Shown here: piece after piece, positions 63,782 to 64,000 of the stretch
Numbering within the stretch: the stretch's first letter is position 1
Layout: each line of letters starts with the position of its first letter
DNA from: Macrostomum lignano
Taxonomy: Eukaryota
DNA length: 64,000 bases
Assembly: GCA_002269645.1 (NCBI GenBank)
Contig: NIVC01000543.1
Coordinates: 481,795-545,794 of the forward strand
Direction: 5' to 3'
Position numbers and translations under genes: made by a program
The notes under the pieces: model-generated
Told to the model about the DNA's origin: nothing
Databases searched by the model: none
What the model saw: the letters and a program-made list of their open reading frames with translations, nothing else

Positions 63782-64000
63782 GTGAGGGCCGCTTGACAGT
63801 CGAAGCCAGCTTGATAGTGCCGTTCAACAGGGACCTAAAGAATATTTGAAACATTTTTACAGTCTGCGATTATTTCTGTCGGAGATCCAGGCTTCAGTTA
63901 AGACAAGGGCCCCAAAATCCCCTAGTTACCGTATCCCGTAGTTTGTTAGTCATTATCTCAATAGCATGAAAAAAAGCAAAAAAATATGAAATGATTGACA

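Overview
Eukaryotic, intron-rich genomic DNA from an animal. The abundant intronic minisatellites and GATA/GACA arrays suggest a flatworm such as Macrostomum, but this is inference. Two divergent genes are recognisable: the 5' half of MED12 (minus strand, 5232 to <95, five exons) and a Cav2-type voltage-gated calcium channel alpha1 subunit (plus strand, ~27310 to beyond 63781, N-terminus through domain III S6). The main result is that this Cav2 gene has four clusters of duplicated, intact, apparently mutually exclusive exons: IS3-S4 x2, IIS3-S4 x3, domain II pore/S6 x2 and domain III pore x2, i.e. up to 24 combinations that swap voltage sensors and pore loops. Both domain II pore exons have a U2-type acceptor and a U12-type donor, an arrangement that would enforce exclusivity through major/minor spliceosome incompatibility. 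The gene also has a U12 AT-AC intron and a GC-AG donor. Mobile DNA includes a ~5.7 kb RT/RNase H non-LTR retrotransposon inside a (TCTG)n array, a 1.6 kb non-coding LTR element with identical LTRs plus a related solo LTR, two tRNA-derived SINE families, MITEs, and a ~5 kb inverted-repeat structure. Most long ORFs in the supplied track are artefacts of tandem repeats. All coordinates were read by eye.
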